A stretch of 64,000 nt of DNA from Spironucleus salmonicida (Eukaryota): assembly GCF_000497125.1 (NCBI RefSeq), contig NC_090596.1, positions 186,001 to 250,000 on the forward strand, read 5' to 3'. This document shows, piece by piece, positions 40,324-55,088 of the stretch; the first letter of the stretch is position 1; each line of letters begins with the position of its first letter. A program made the position numbers and the translations under genes. The notes beneath the pieces are model-generated. The model saw nothing but the letters and a program-made list of their open reading frames with translations. It was not told the DNA's origin and searched no databases.

Positions 40324-42627
40324 TCATTTTTCCATCCAAGTATTAACAATAGACTAAATAGCCTCTTTTTATATATCAATTTGTTAGTTAATCAACAGTT
40401 AACTCCCGCTCATTAAGTACTAACTATAAACACCACCTAAAAATCCACTTTTGCAATAATGTACAAAGTACTTATTAGCTTAATACAACACAACAATGCA
40501 GTCCTAATATAATAAATCCATTGGTTTGAACTTAACCCTGACAAATTTTAAGCCTGAAAATCCAGGAACTAGTGATATCACTCCAGAAGTATAAAGTTCA
40601 TTTTAGAGTTTATTCGGCGCTTTTTATTACAAATTCAGACAGTCAAAAGTAGTTCGCATATATTTGATATTCTAACAAAGTTTGCTCATTTGTTCGTTGT
40701 TAAAAACGGTTTCACTAGTAAGATGGTAAATGAAATAACCATTTTTAGAAGGGAGTTACTTTAAGTATTATTACTAATTTATTAGCATATGTTGATATTG
40801 ATATATTTCAGCTATATCACTCAAATAATGATAATAATTTGATTTAGTTTATATTGAATCTAGTGATATAGCTGCTTTTTGCATATGAAAAGCTAAGTCC
40901 TAAAAATCTTAAAAAGCATATTTTATTGGGTTGTGCTGTATTAGTAACGCAGTATCAAAAGATGATATTTCTATTGTAGCTAGGAGCCTGTTTGTATAAA
41001 TAAAATTTGGGATATAAAACAAGAATGAATGCTTATAAGTCTTTGATAAGAAGTAGTAATTTTTCTTTATTAATCTTTTAAGATGCTTGTCCATAGATTG
41101 ATATGGCTGGTTTGCTTACTATGATGAGATTCCTAGCTTAGTCAAAAGATAATTTATTTTACCATTTGGATCATTGAATGAAGCTTAATGAGCATTAATG
41201 ATATGCTAAAGGCCTGAAATTTACAGTGATTGGTAGAAAGATAATAATCTATAACCTATAATATTGTAATCTGTATAAGTAAGAAATGGACGAGTTTTAT
41301 TCTTAGAATCCTGTTGAACTAAAATATAACTTTGAATTAACGTTTCAAACTTTTAAATAGTCTATATATCGGTTTAAGATTACGCGTATTGATTAATTGA
41401 TCCTGTAAATGCGCTAAATATTATCTGATCAGTAAAGTTTTTATCAGAGAAATCAATACCAGAAGAATAACTAAACACGATAAGCGTAGAAGTAATTGAA
41501 ACAGGTTAAGCGAAACTATACTATATATTATATTTTTACAGTAATTCTTAAAAATTGTTGTTTTAATTTTTTTGTAATCTTTAAATCTTTTTAAAATATT
41601 AAATTAAATCTTCTTCGGAAATATCTAATTTAAGATCTTTATAAAATTTTTAAGGATGTACCCTTCCTATTTGATTTGTCAAACTTTAAGTGATATCATC
41701 TATTTTTTGCTCTTCTTCGTCTAATTTATTGACAGATTCGGATTCTGTCTCAGATTCTAGTGTTAGTTCGTTATCAATTTCTTTATCAGTAATATCATCA
41801 GATTAGTATTAATGTTCATCTTCTATTATTTTCGTTTTCTATGCCTGTGTAAAATCTTAGAACTATTATTGATTCCATAATTATCTATGAATATTGACAT
41901 TAATTTCTTGAGATTCTTACGTTTCCACAACAAAATTTTGCATTGACGAACCTAACGAGATCTCTCGAGATTCACTATTAGATTCTTAGTCTACATCTAC
42001 AGAATATTCTTCTTCTTCCTTTTCTTAGGATTTAATATTGGCAGGATTCATTTGTAAATATTATCGTTTTTCAAAAGTGATCTAGTTTTATTAGAACATA
42101 TCTTCTAATATAATATTCTTTATTTTCTATTTCTCATTTACTATGACAAAATCGTTTATGCTATCATCAATTATTAATGGGTTCTATTAACGTAGTGCTT
42201 AATTTTACGGCAAATCTGGATCTTTTATATTTGTATTATTATCAATCTCTTATTTAACATATTACTTCTGGAATCGTAGCTACTATTCATTATATACACG
42301 TGGATCAAAAACGAATAGAAATTATTATAAGAATTAACCATCATCAACAACAAATATATTATCAGAAATTATATATTCTATATTAACAGGAGATAGTGAT
42401 GTAATTAAGATAGAATTGGATTTAACAACCTAAGTATTAATAAATAAAAAATATCCCTCTTCTTAGTCTAAAAATTTATAAGAAACAGTAAAACAAATAG
42501 ATTTTAATAATAAAAATCTACCAAGTATAGATATACATGTTTATGAGTCAACATTCTCAGATGTTATTATATGAATTATTTTTTATTATAGTAGTATTTA
42601 CTATGCTCTATCATAAGTAATGAGCAT
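40324..42627 (-). CDS. CDC45: Replication initiation factor CDC45, 767 aa
   Basis: NVDSQTCISIL, SPVNIE..VVDDG, long acidic insert, YRLLSFYQSL, LLTKLGISSQQANQPYQSMDKHLK resemble CDC45 blocks. Confidence 0.8.
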
Positions 42628-42676
42628 TTAAAAAATAATTATATATAATATTTAACTGGCAATATAATAACAACAT

Positions 42677-45600
42677 TCACTAAATGTAGTCAAGAGCTTA
42701 CCCAAATGATTGAAATGAATCACCCTAGTTATTTGAGATATTAAAAGGTAATTTTGAAATTATATTATTATATTCTTCATCAAATGATGTTCTTTAATTT
42801 ATTTTCTAAGTTTGTTAATCTTACTGAATATTTCTCAAGTTGTTTGTTAATACTGTCAGCTGGGCTTGATTATAAGCAGATTTTGCCTATAATTAATCAA
42901 ATTACTCAAACAAATATTAATTTTTATCCTATTGAATAGGATCTGCATGATTGATTTATGTCAAACCCATTTATGACTAAGTCGGTGGCTAATATTATTT
43001 TTATTAATATACCGGCTATTGTTGTTCAAAGTTATTTTATACTTGCTATTAGTTATTAAGTCTATCTAAAAATTAATTCAGGGAGTCACATTTTTATGAC
43101 TTGAATTCATAACTTGCTTGAGTTTATTCTTCCTGGATTAAATTTTCATCACGTTGTTTAGAATTTTTAATTTCGTCTTATGTTTATTTAATATCTCGAT
43201 GTTACATAATTCTATCAACATTTCTCCGAATCGTATCAATATTGTCTTCTTTTACTTATGATATTTATTACCCTTATATATTGGGAATATATATCGCATT
43301 TTATTTTTACACTTATGTATTAATGATTTACTCAACATTTGGTCCAATAATATTAATATTAGATTCTTAATTATGTTATTCAGGTTGTCTTATTCGTACT
43401 ATTTATTATTTAATGGTAATTACTTTTGGGGGTTCATAGAATGATGAATCAGATTTTTTCTACTCTACCTGTTATGCTTCTTTCGATTATACACTCTAAA
43501 GATCATACTTCTAAGTTTAGCATGATGAATTATTTGGAATTTATTAGTATTATTCACTTTGTATCAAAGGAATTTAAATAGTTTGTTACTAAAGATCTTA
43601 TTATCTGTTAAGATAATTAATATTATCCTTTTCCTTGCAATTTATGGAATTTTAACATGAACTTTATTACTGTATATTCATCACTTATTATTTCAATATT
43701 GGTTAAGTATTAATACTAACTTACTGACTTATTTATGATTTTTATTGCAATATATCGGAAAATTTAATTCTAATAAAGTCAGAACTCAATCCAGAAAATA
43801 AAGTTTAAACTGGTAATTATGAAATCTAGTCCGATTTTTAAATAGATAAAGTATTATTATTTAAATCCATAGTTTCAACCAAAGGGTTATTGAGTGTTTA
43901 TTACGATGTCTTATTATGTTAATATATTGATTTATTGCTACGTTTATTAACTTTAATTAAATCATAATGTTGCATTAATGATGATTTCAGCTTGGTTAAA
44001 TTATCTTTTATAATTGAATTTTTTTAATTCAGTGTGATAAGACTATTTAAATACCCTATAGAAAACTCTTAATTACTATTAAAGATTAATTAATATAATA
44101 TCGTCAATTATAGATTAAAATCCTATTAAATAAAAAGTGCTGTGCTATTAAGAGTTACATATGGTTATAGTTGACTAGACAATTTTTTGTTTAATAATTC
44201 TAATAAATACTATGGTAATATGAACTGCTCTTATTAAAATGATAGAATTCTATGGAAGTATAATAGTTATTATGCAGATATTTCACAACTACATGTTACA
44301 AACTCCGCCTATTGAAAATTGTTGAATTGACGAATTGTTGACTAGCTTTGCAATTAATTTAAAACTAAATCTGAAAATATCTTATCAAAATTTATTGAAT
44401 CATATTTTTAATAATTAAATTATTAAGCTATTAGGTTCTACGGATCTCCTCTTACTAAATATGAATAGTTTTTAAATAAGCTAGCAATGAAATTGCTAGA
44501 ATCAATATTTTTTGGAACGAAGATAATGCTCTGTTAAAATACAGTATTTTTACGTAATAATATTATATAAATACTAGGTAACTTTTGAATTTTGTGTAGA
44601 ATTTCTCTATTAAATTAGTATCCTAAATTATTTAACGTTTTATAAAACATATCTTCAAAATAAGCAGTTTATCTATTATTAGAATGATCTAGTATCACAG
44701 AAATAATACATAATTACAGTTTAAAGCTATCAAATAGCATTTTTTTGCAATTAAATTAAGTGTTAACCCTATTTATAAATGATGATATAAGAACAATCTT
44801 CTTTAAAACATCTATATACTAATGAATGTTAATATTTTAAATATTAGTGTAGTTAGACAGGATATTTATAAAATGTTAGTCGTTAAAGTATACACAAATA
44901 TCTTTATAAAGTTAGTTTAATAGATACAATGCTAATAATTTAGAAACTTTAGCTGAATTAAGAGTATTATCAATAAAAATCATAAATTAATAGAAACTAG
45001 CTAATGACTAATCATAACATTATTTAAGCTATTTTAAAATTAGTCTAAATGTATTTTCAATAAGCTGTTCATTAGTTGGATATTAAATATTTAATATGTC
45101 TTACTCATCAAAATTTTAAGTATTAAGAAAATAGAAATTCTTGTTGCTATAAAAAGCGTCCAAGAATTAAAAATATTCTATTGCCAGTTTAAAATATCCT
45201 TACTTTTGATTTGGTAAGTGAAATTATTAAAGTAGAACAAAATAATCATAAGTAATTTAATAGAGTGTAGAATCAGTGCTATTTATATCAGTTATAATAT
45301 GCTATTTACTATTAATAAAGTAATGAATTGATAATTATCCTGATTTAACTAAAAAATTAGATTAATTTATTGATAAAAATTCAGAGTTTAAACCTGCATA
45401 GTTTTCATTTTTAAACAAAATAGAGTATTTGTCTATTAATGATATATGCACTAATGCAATTTATTATTAAAATAGAATAATAACGAACTAACCATCCTAT
45501 GTGAATTGTATTTATTGAAACTATAATGCAACTACACTAGACAGAAACTTGTTTGCGAGTTATTAAATATTTATAGAATGTATCATTTACTATTATTGAG

Positions 45601-46429
45601 TAACATTATAATTCATATTAACTATAACTAGTTAAGTATCTATTAATAGTACAATTTACCCTAGTGGTGATATATTTATATGTATTTTTTAAGGCTTAAA
45701 TTGTAATAATGTGATAGTTCTCTTATATTAATTTTTAACTATATCAATACCGTTTATAACAATCTAATTTATCAAACAATGTATCTTTTGGCTTAAAATA
45801 ATACATTAAATATTGATTAGTTATTCGTAATTTTTTTTATCAGTAAAAATAAATTTTGAGGTTTCCAATATCTCATATTCTTATCCTCTGATTGTCTAAA
45901 AAATATCAACAGCAAGGTCACTTTTAGCTATTATTTATTAAAAAAATTTATCAACCTTAAAATTAAATAGATAAACTCGATCTTGTAAAACACTGATAAG
46001 TCCACTATTAGACAACTAAACATTTGGTTAAAATATTAATACAGATAAATCTAGCAACTTAGGTAATGCTCTTTTGTTCTTATTCAAATAATTAAAACTT
46101 ATTTAAACACAAGTCTTTTCTGAAGGAGGTGGTTGTATATAATGAAACTATTGTTCTACAAATAGTATGAATGCATTATTTACAAGTTGTAATAAAAATA
46201 TATTACTAGTTTCTGAGTAATATTTTTATCTAACTATCTACGGAAATTCCACAGATGACTCAATATGATTAACTTTTATAATGAATTAACTTGAATTTTC
46301 ATTAAATGATTTAGTTTATATTTCAATTGGCTAGGTCGCATCTAACACTTTCAGTAACTGTATTAAATCGTTGGGATTAACTTTTGACTCTGCGTCGATC
46401 AGCGGAATATAGAAAGCCAAATTTTTCAT
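42677..46429 (-). CDS. Hypothetical protein, 1250 aa (beta-rich N-terminus, helical middle, Q/N-rich C-terminus)
   Basis: One minus-strand frame with no TGA from ATG 46429 (MKNLAFYIPL) to TAG-TGA at 42677. Confidence 0.8.
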
Positions 46430-46474
46430 TTTTTAAATATATACAATAATATTAAGAACATAATAATGAATTTA

Positions 46475-49400
46475 TCAGATTTTACCGGTTTTAATCTATT
46501 TCAGCATCTGCTCAATACGGTGCTTCATATCAACTGCAACAGCCTTGTCGCCCTTCACGATAACGCTATAAACGTCATCAAATTCCATAGAACCGATCCT
46601 CAACCTGTAAAACTCAATTACCGCGTATTACGCGTCAAATCCAACCTCTTAGTCCAGCAACATTTTCTGCAACATGTCCATTGAAACTACGCCAATATTG
46701 ATTCTAATTTCACGGTTTTCGACATTTTCGAAATTGTAAAACGCGTTGAGAGCGCACTTTCTGGTCTCTAAATTGCAGTCGCCATAACGCTCAAAGAGCA
46801 CGCTCAACAGCTTGCTAAAAGTGTTTAGAGCCAAATTGACGCTATTATCAGCAAAACTCTCGAACGCTGAGACGAGCCAGCTGGCTGCCTTCAGGCACTC
46901 CGCGAGCGAATTCAGAGCCGAGTTAGGACAAAAATCAAGTTTTTCTTCCAAAAACTTGAACGGCGAGCCGGTCGCAGTTTTGACGATTTGGACGGCTTTT
47001 TGAGCCTTTTACTGCTGAATTCCGCTCGACAAAACCGCGCAGAAAACAGAAATCTGTGACCCGAAATAGTCTGCCCCGTCTGGGTTCAGCACCAGCGTCG
47101 TGAAGGTTTGGACCGAATTTTCGATGCTTTGCGCCAAAATCGCCTCCGCACAGACTTGACTCGCAAGAAGCAGCAGCTCCTTGTCGGTGTGAACGAGAAC
47201 GATCTGCTCGAATATCAAAATCGCGATAAAATCGTAAAAATTCTCTTCTGAAATCTGAATTTCGTTCGGTTTTTAAGCGAATTTCAGCTTCAAATCCGAG
47301 TCTCTCAGACAGAGCTGAAGCGTTTTCAGGAGCGCTTTTACCGTCTGAACGTCCAATTGGTGCATTTAGCGACTTTGGCTGAAAAGGATCGAAATAAGCG
47401 ACATAATGTTCTGCTCTTGGCGCAAAGACGCCTAAAACAGCGTGAAAAGCGCCGTCACCGAAATCGCCTAAAGCTCTTTATTTTTCGTTATCAGACAGCG
47501 CCTCTCGACGTCAATGCGAATCGACGGCTCAAGTTGGCCCAAAAGAACGCAAATGCTGAAAATGTGATGGATCGAATCCACCAAACTGATCCTGTAAGCG
47601 TCTGAAGGGTCCGATTTGAGCGTCAAAACGACCCTGCCGATCAAGATCGTGCAGAATGAAAAGATGAGTTTTGATACGTTTTTGTCGATCGAAATCGCGA
47701 ATTGGAGCTGGTCGAATTCGTAAAAATTAGTCTTCAAATTTGCCTGTTTGGAGTGTGATTAAAGCGTCAAAAGGCTGATCAAAACGATCGATTTCAGTGC
47801 CTGGTTCTTGGTGGATTCGTCTATCTGGACAGCTGTTGGGAGCACGAAACACAAAATTTTGACCAGGTCGCAAATTCTCGCGTTTTAGCTCAAAAATAGC
47901 TCGTGTACGTCCATCATTGGGATGATTCTCTTAATATTTTGGTAGAATTGCGTTATGAATAAGCTAATGAACGCTGCCATTGGCTGATTAGATTGCTGGA
48001 TTGTTGTAAATAGCTTATAGAAGGTACTCAGTGTCAGGCCGATGACTGCTGGGTAATTCTTGTTGTTTGAGTTAGTGAAGAAGATGTTGAGGACGGAAAT
48101 GATGAACGCGTGGTTTTGAGCCGCTTTTTCAGGGAAAACTTGGCAGAGAAGTTGGCATAAGGTTATTCCTAAGACGTTTTAGGATGTGGACGTTGATTAA
48201 ATGGAATTGAAGTAGTCGTGTTCGATTTTGTCGTATATGTCTTCTCTGATCGTTAATTAGATCGATTCTTCAGATAAGCAGTTATATAAAATTTCTTAGC
48301 ATTTGTGGACGAAAATGATTGAATCTGTGGTAGATATGGTGTCGGAAGTCGTTATAATTTCCTTGTAGTCTCTTTAAATAGCCTTAGTGCAATATTCTAT
48401 TAATAATTCAAAGTTTTATGAGATAACTGATGATTGTTTAAATAGTCCTTTAAAGAATTTAACCGTATTGTCATTAATAGGATTTTTAACAAATGCAAAC
48501 TCGAAAAGGCTTTAAAGTTGTGGTTTAGTTGTGGTAATCATAAGCACAGAATTAATAATTTATTACACTTATGCATCATCTGTGCATGATAATAATTTAA
48601 CTATTTAAGGGTTAACTAAAGTTTCTAATAATTGTGAGACATCAGCATTCAAAGATGTTAACAACTGGGCAGCTGAATTGATAACAATTTCATTCTTAGA
48701 CTCCGTTAAAAGTCTAGGTATGAAATTTACAATATTATCATGAATGAAAGTTCCATTGGTATCACATTTTGCAATAAATGAAAACAGATCCATAGATGTG
48801 ATAAGTTATTCATCAGAAACACCTTCAAAATTATTTTCGAATTACACTAGGTCGTAAATTTTATCTACAAAAATTTAAAACTAAGCCGCTTATAGAGATA
48901 TCATAAGTTCTTTAATACCATTACACACAAGTTATTTAAAATTCAAATCCGTCTTAATATTTTAATAATGTTACATAAGCAAAATTTAAAATTATTCAAA
49001 AAGATAAGGTAAAAATCCTAAAATTGTCGTAACTGGTTTGATTGTAACCAACTTCCACATACTTACAGAAGCATTTCTAATACCATGAGTATCATCACAA
49101 CGTGCTAAAAATAAATTACCCATTAACTTATAGTACATATCAATACCCATTAAGTTCATAGCATTACCTAGGCTTTATTCAGGAATAAATACTTTAACAT
49201 CACGTTTTTCATCTTTTTAAAATGAAACTTGTAATAATTATGCTCTTAATTCTTATAAATCTGAGCTAATTTATCTATTAGATTCCTAGCTTTCTGTAGC
49301 ACCTAGTTCAGAAATTATATCACCAATTAAAGAAATAGATAAAAATCTAGATTATACAGCTGTTGAAAGAAGCTGTTAAATAACTATATCTAGAATTTAC

Positions 49401-52400
49401 TTAATTTCCACTTTGTGTTTTAAGAAAGAGGTAGCAAGCTGCCTTGCCATTTTATATAAAGTCTCAGACTGATCAATAAATTCTGGCTATCTAACAAGTA
49501 AGAATATGAATTCGAAACAAATTTATAAGTATTTACTAACAAAAATATTTCTCAAGGCAACATCATCTAACTCAATAAGTTTTTATGGCAAATATAACAG
49601 GAAAAGAGAGGCACAAAATGCATTTACTTCATTATATTCAATACAATGCATTTCTTTAACATCTTCGATCGACTACTTAATCTTGAATTAAGAAGTAAAT
49701 ACTTTGTTTAATCTAGATAATAATACCTCCCAAGTTTAATTGTTGAATGATAAATTTACAATAGAAAGTGCTAATCCATGCTATCTTTAAAGATCTAATG
49801 GCTTAGCTATATTTTTCCATAAATCTATTTCAAGACTTTATGCTTATAATGGAAAATTCTCAAGCATTTAGGAAATAGTATTCGCAGAACTAGTTCTGAT
49901 TTCATCATTACTTTCTTGTAGATTATCTTTCAACAACTAAATTAAACGGGGGATATATTATTTAAAGTCATTAGATTTTGCTATTTTACTTAGTAATACA
50001 ATACAACTGCATCCTATAACCTTTGTATGCTTATCTTTCATAAGATCGTTAGATTATTAATAAATAGTACTAGAAACCGCACTAAGAACTCTGTCACAAA
50101 TGGGATATATAAGTGTTAACGATGCGGCATCAATTTGCTAAGTAAAAGTCATTTATGTAATCTCTATTAAAATTTAGCGATTCAATAAAGGTTATGAATA
50201 GGCATCGATAATCTTTCTACTGATAAGCTTTACTTATGAAGATTATACAGAATCTGCAACTTTTTCAATTGTTTTAAGTGCTGAGTTTTTAACTTATAAA
50301 TGTGAATGATAAATGTTAGGTTATAATGCAGGTAAAAGAATAGGCAACATTCTAGCCATTAATAATCTGAACTATTGAAGAGGAATCTTGGCTGAGTTAG
50401 AGCTTAAGTTATATACTAAGTCACAGGCTCCTTTCTTAAATTACCAATCAACATCATTTGTTAAAGCATTAACTAAAACATTCATTACACAAGAAATACC
50501 AAACAATGATAAATTTTTGAGAAGTATATTTTACAATTATACAACCATCTGGTTAGTCTTTTAACATTCTGCCGAAGAGAGATATAATATATCCTAAATA
50601 AATAGTATATAGTAAGGTTCTATCAGCTTTCCAAATGCTTTTATCAAGCTTTAGATGATAACTATACCTAGCTATTGTTTGTTATCTTCAGCTTAGCGTA
50701 GACAATAACATCCGACATTTTCAATAATATTTTCTCTCTGATAAACATAAGATAGTCCTAAAAATTAAATAACACCACTGAGGCAAAATACTGAACCAGG
50801 GAATTCATTAGATTAGAACTTAACGGTATCGATATATCGATGTAGAAGATAATTATGGGCAAACTCTTAACCAGATTTATACTTTTAATGTGGATAAACT
50901 TACTTCTATGGCTATTTGACAAACTGACAAGTAAGTATATTTTTCCAAACATTTTATAAAGCTTTTGCTAATTTATCATCAATATCCAGAAGTGTTTTTT
51001 AAGAACATACCTCTAAAAAGTTAATGATAACACCTCTTTCTTTGTCTTCAAATAACAATTATGTTGCAATCGATCCCAAAATATTTACTATATAAGAAGC
51101 CATATCCGTCTCTTTGTTTGCTAATTATGAGTTATCAATTGTATACTAGTGAACAACACCAAAGTTGAAAATACCAATCTAAAACTTAATGAATCTACTA
51201 ACAAAATAATAAATAAGAGTATTTAATTTAACATTGGCTACTTAATCCTATCTATTAGTCTCAAGTAAATAAACTATCTGCTAATTATACAAAAGGCCCA
51301 TTTAAACAATAAGAGAAATGATACTTTATTATGCTGATTGTAAAACAAGCTAATCGTATTCTGCTATACCATTATGTAAAAATCTTTCTACAATAGCCAT
51401 CATCAAGGTAGTCTTAGTCGGATCTATCTCAATGTATAACTTTTAATGGTGTTTTAACATTGATATAACTGAATCCTGAGTGTAAATAGATTCTTAAACC
51501 ATAAATAAATTCGAGGAAATCGGATTGTTAATAATTTATATTCTGTTTTTCAATTCATCTTCTTCCTAACTTGGTGATATTTCAGATATACTAGGGAAAT
51601 TTTGACTATAAGAAGGTGCAAATAAACCTAATGGCAATGACTAATCAATAATTCCATCAAATGACATAATTTATTTTGCTATTTTGTCAAATATATTCCA
51701 TATGCATCTTCTAATTGATGAATTTTATGTTTAAATATCAAACCTGCTAGACTCTAAATCAGTAGAATATTAGAAATGACATAATAATAACTTGTTGACA
51801 ACATTTTGGATAAACTATTTTGTTGAGATTTATTCACAAATTGCTTAAACTGCAGCAGGCAACAACTCTAGTCTATATGCATCATAATTTGAAAAGCAGT
51901 CAATAAATAACTCTTCTATACTATTCTACAAATGATTAATATAATTTATTCGATCACCTGATGATAAGAAAAATCTTCTAACAGAATCACCTAAATACTC
52001 AGACAGTAATAACTTAAATTATAAATCATGAGTCAGGTTGATTTTCTAGCTTGTAGGAATATGTGATAATGTTTAATACGCTAATTATTTAGAATGGTCT
52101 GGCTTAGTAACTAAATTGTTGATGATTGGGGTCATGAAATGTTGATCAAACTATTTTCCTTTTAGTTTATAGCTTGAAATAATATTTTATACAATTCTCA
52201 TTAATGTATACTAATTTGTATCAGTAATGCAGAAAATAAGTTCAAGAATTTAAAAGTCGTGAACATTATTAATTATCTTAGAAAGAATCTCGTATGACTG
52301 GTTTAAATATTTGGTTAATATAATTTTTTGCATCTGATCTAAGCTAGGTACTAGGAAAGATATAATACAACATACCTATTAGAATGTTTCTTCGTCAAAA

Positions 52401-54238
52401 GGATTATATTCATATAAATTTAGGACCTATGTAATAAGTGACTACAGACTATTAGAGTTACTATATGGGATAAAATACGAACCTGATTAAAACTTATATT
52501 TTAGGTTGGATTTGACTTTATAATGATCACCATAAATATATTTCATAGCTAAATGAACCAATAAAGGTTAAGATTCTATTCCAGAAACGAATACTTTGTT
52601 TCTAGCTATAGATAAGTATACACTTACAACCTACAATACATGTTTATCTATGCCTAAACTGATACCTAATAGTTTAGATATTTTTAATATGAAAGACAAG
52701 AATATGTGACTACAAGATCTGAAAACAAATGTATTTCTCTTTAATAAATTGCTTAGTTCAATTAACGAATCAAATAACGTAACATATTATACTTTTATGA
52801 GCTGGCGTTTTTTATCTTCTTCTTAAGTAAGTTACTACATAATCTCTAATCTTCTAGCATTAGAGACTTTTGCATGTTATTCTTGCTTAAGATCAGCATT
52901 TTTTGTCAATAGAACTTCTGATGGTATAATATTAGATTATATAATTTCATTAGAATTTAGTATTTGTAATTCTATAGAAGTGAACTAAAACAATTTATTT
53001 TCTATTAGGTTTAACTACTATACAATAAAGTCTTAATAATCACCAAGCTTTAGTATTCTTTATACTATATTGTAAATCTGCATATTCTTTATATCAAGTA
53101 ATATAATTTACTTAAAACTAGATAAATTAGATTTAAAAACTAACATATCAACTTCAATATTATTAATAATTCTTATGAATTGAACTGTAAGACAATTAGA
53201 GTCTGAAAAACATAAAAATTTAAATAGGTCCCATTGAGAGCTTTCTAAAATATATTTTAATATCTTCTCATCTGCATATGATGATTTCAAAAAATGTAAT
53301 ACTGTATAATCTAGCAGTTCTGTTTTATGGATACATTTGATATAAATATCAATAGTCGCATCTATAAAATTACTATCCAATGTGACTAATAATTAATTAT
53401 AAGCTATAGATTCTTATAAATTGACAAAATCTAATATTGTCACAGATGATTTGCTTTTCTCATATATTTATTCAGTAGAATCTGATGAAGTATCTAGAGA
53501 TATCTAATAAATTTATTACAGTTATTACTATATCTTATTTTAAAACTAAGAAAATTTTGGCAATTTCATAAGCAATGCAGCTTTATTATAAACTAAATCT
53601 TTGTGTAAAGCGTTTTATACTATTACACCTTTAAGTTAATCTAAAATATTTAACTTATTTTCCATATCATCTTTTCCTAATTATCCAACGAACGATAGCA
53701 GCAAAGTTTCAATATAAAATTCAGTATGTAGCATTAAAAATTTATAATTAGGCTATGAATATTGTACAAATGGAGCTACCAGCACTAATATTTAGTCGTT
53801 GATTTTTAATTAACACTAGTTAATAATTTATACAGATATCTACTAAAACAAGGTAGGCTTTCTTTTTTATATAGAAAATAATAGATCTTTGGGTAACGGT
53901 GTTTATAAAGATACATGTTGCAATTTATTTACCAGCTCTTGATTCTTTAACTTGGTTCCAAAATACTCAAAAGAATTTGCACCTATATGTTATTAAATTA
54001 AAATTGATTATGTTGAAGCTAAATAATAATACTAACTTCCTAACGAAGTAAATGCTTAAATAACCTCATCATCCTTATTCTCAATTTTAGGAACTGCCTT
54101 TAAATTCTTAACATACTTTATAAACGACATACACTTAATAAAATCTGATATTTTGATATTATTATAATTTTCTTGTAAATATTTAACTATTGTAATATCG
54201 CTAGAAGCTTATAAGAGTTTCATATATGCAGTTGACAT
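46475..54238 (-). CDS. GCN1: GCN1 translational activator (HEAT repeats), ~2587 aa
   Basis: WQFKKGACDLV...HSHLQVKNSALKTIEKV...TFTQQIDAASLTLIYPICDR matches the GCN1/eEF3-like HEAT block. Start chosen at MSTAYMKLL by context; in-frame ATGs exist further upstream (54427, 54508). Confidence 0.88.
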
Positions 54239-55088
54239 TTAAGAAATGGAATGTAAAGTGAAATTTAATATCTAATGTAAATAATATATCCTATTATCAC
54301 TATATAAGGAAGGTATAATAAAAAGAGGATTTTCTTATTAATTCTCATATAGTTTAAAATTACGAAGTAAAAGAAGCAATATGAAATAATATTTACAATA
54401 ATTAATAGTTTGATATAGCAATATCATCTTTGTAATACTGTTTTGAATACGTATTCCGCGTACGTAAAATAAATTATTTTACTATAAAATAATTTAACCT
54501 GCAATCATAATGGAGTTACACCTTTATAACGTTTTATACACTTGTTGTGAAGCATAGTAACATAAATAATTAAATTTGTTAAGATTATATTAATGTCGTT
54601 ACACAACAAAGGATTATTTTCATAATAAATATTTGTTAATACTAAAATACAATATTATTGTTACTAATTCTATAACATGAATTATCACAACACAATTAGA
54701 TTACATAAATCCCTTAAAAGGTATAAAGTTATATACTTTTTATTCAAGTAATGTTTTGATAAATTTATTTTATTATACTTGAATTCAAATCAGTTTTTAA
54801 TATTTTTAGATTGAAATGCTAATATTTAGATATAGATTATAACATTTTATCTACAAATTTGATTAAAATTATAAGCTTTGCTAAGTTTATAATATTACAA
54901 CTAAATACGCCAGATTGTTTAATAGAGGTAAAGATATTTATTTCAAACACAAATATAAAAACATGTCCAATTAAAATAATCTATTATTAAGTTTTGTTTA
55001 TAGTCTACAAATAAATTTTTACGTTATTTTACATACTATGTTACATATAATATAAATAGATATGTAATATTTTTAAATATTTTTAGAT

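Noticed and set aside
42706-43893. Plus-strand hydrophobic ORF with several TGAs (TGA=Trp/Sec?)
   Set aside because: A minus-strand frame is fully open across the region as part of the 42677-46429 gene.
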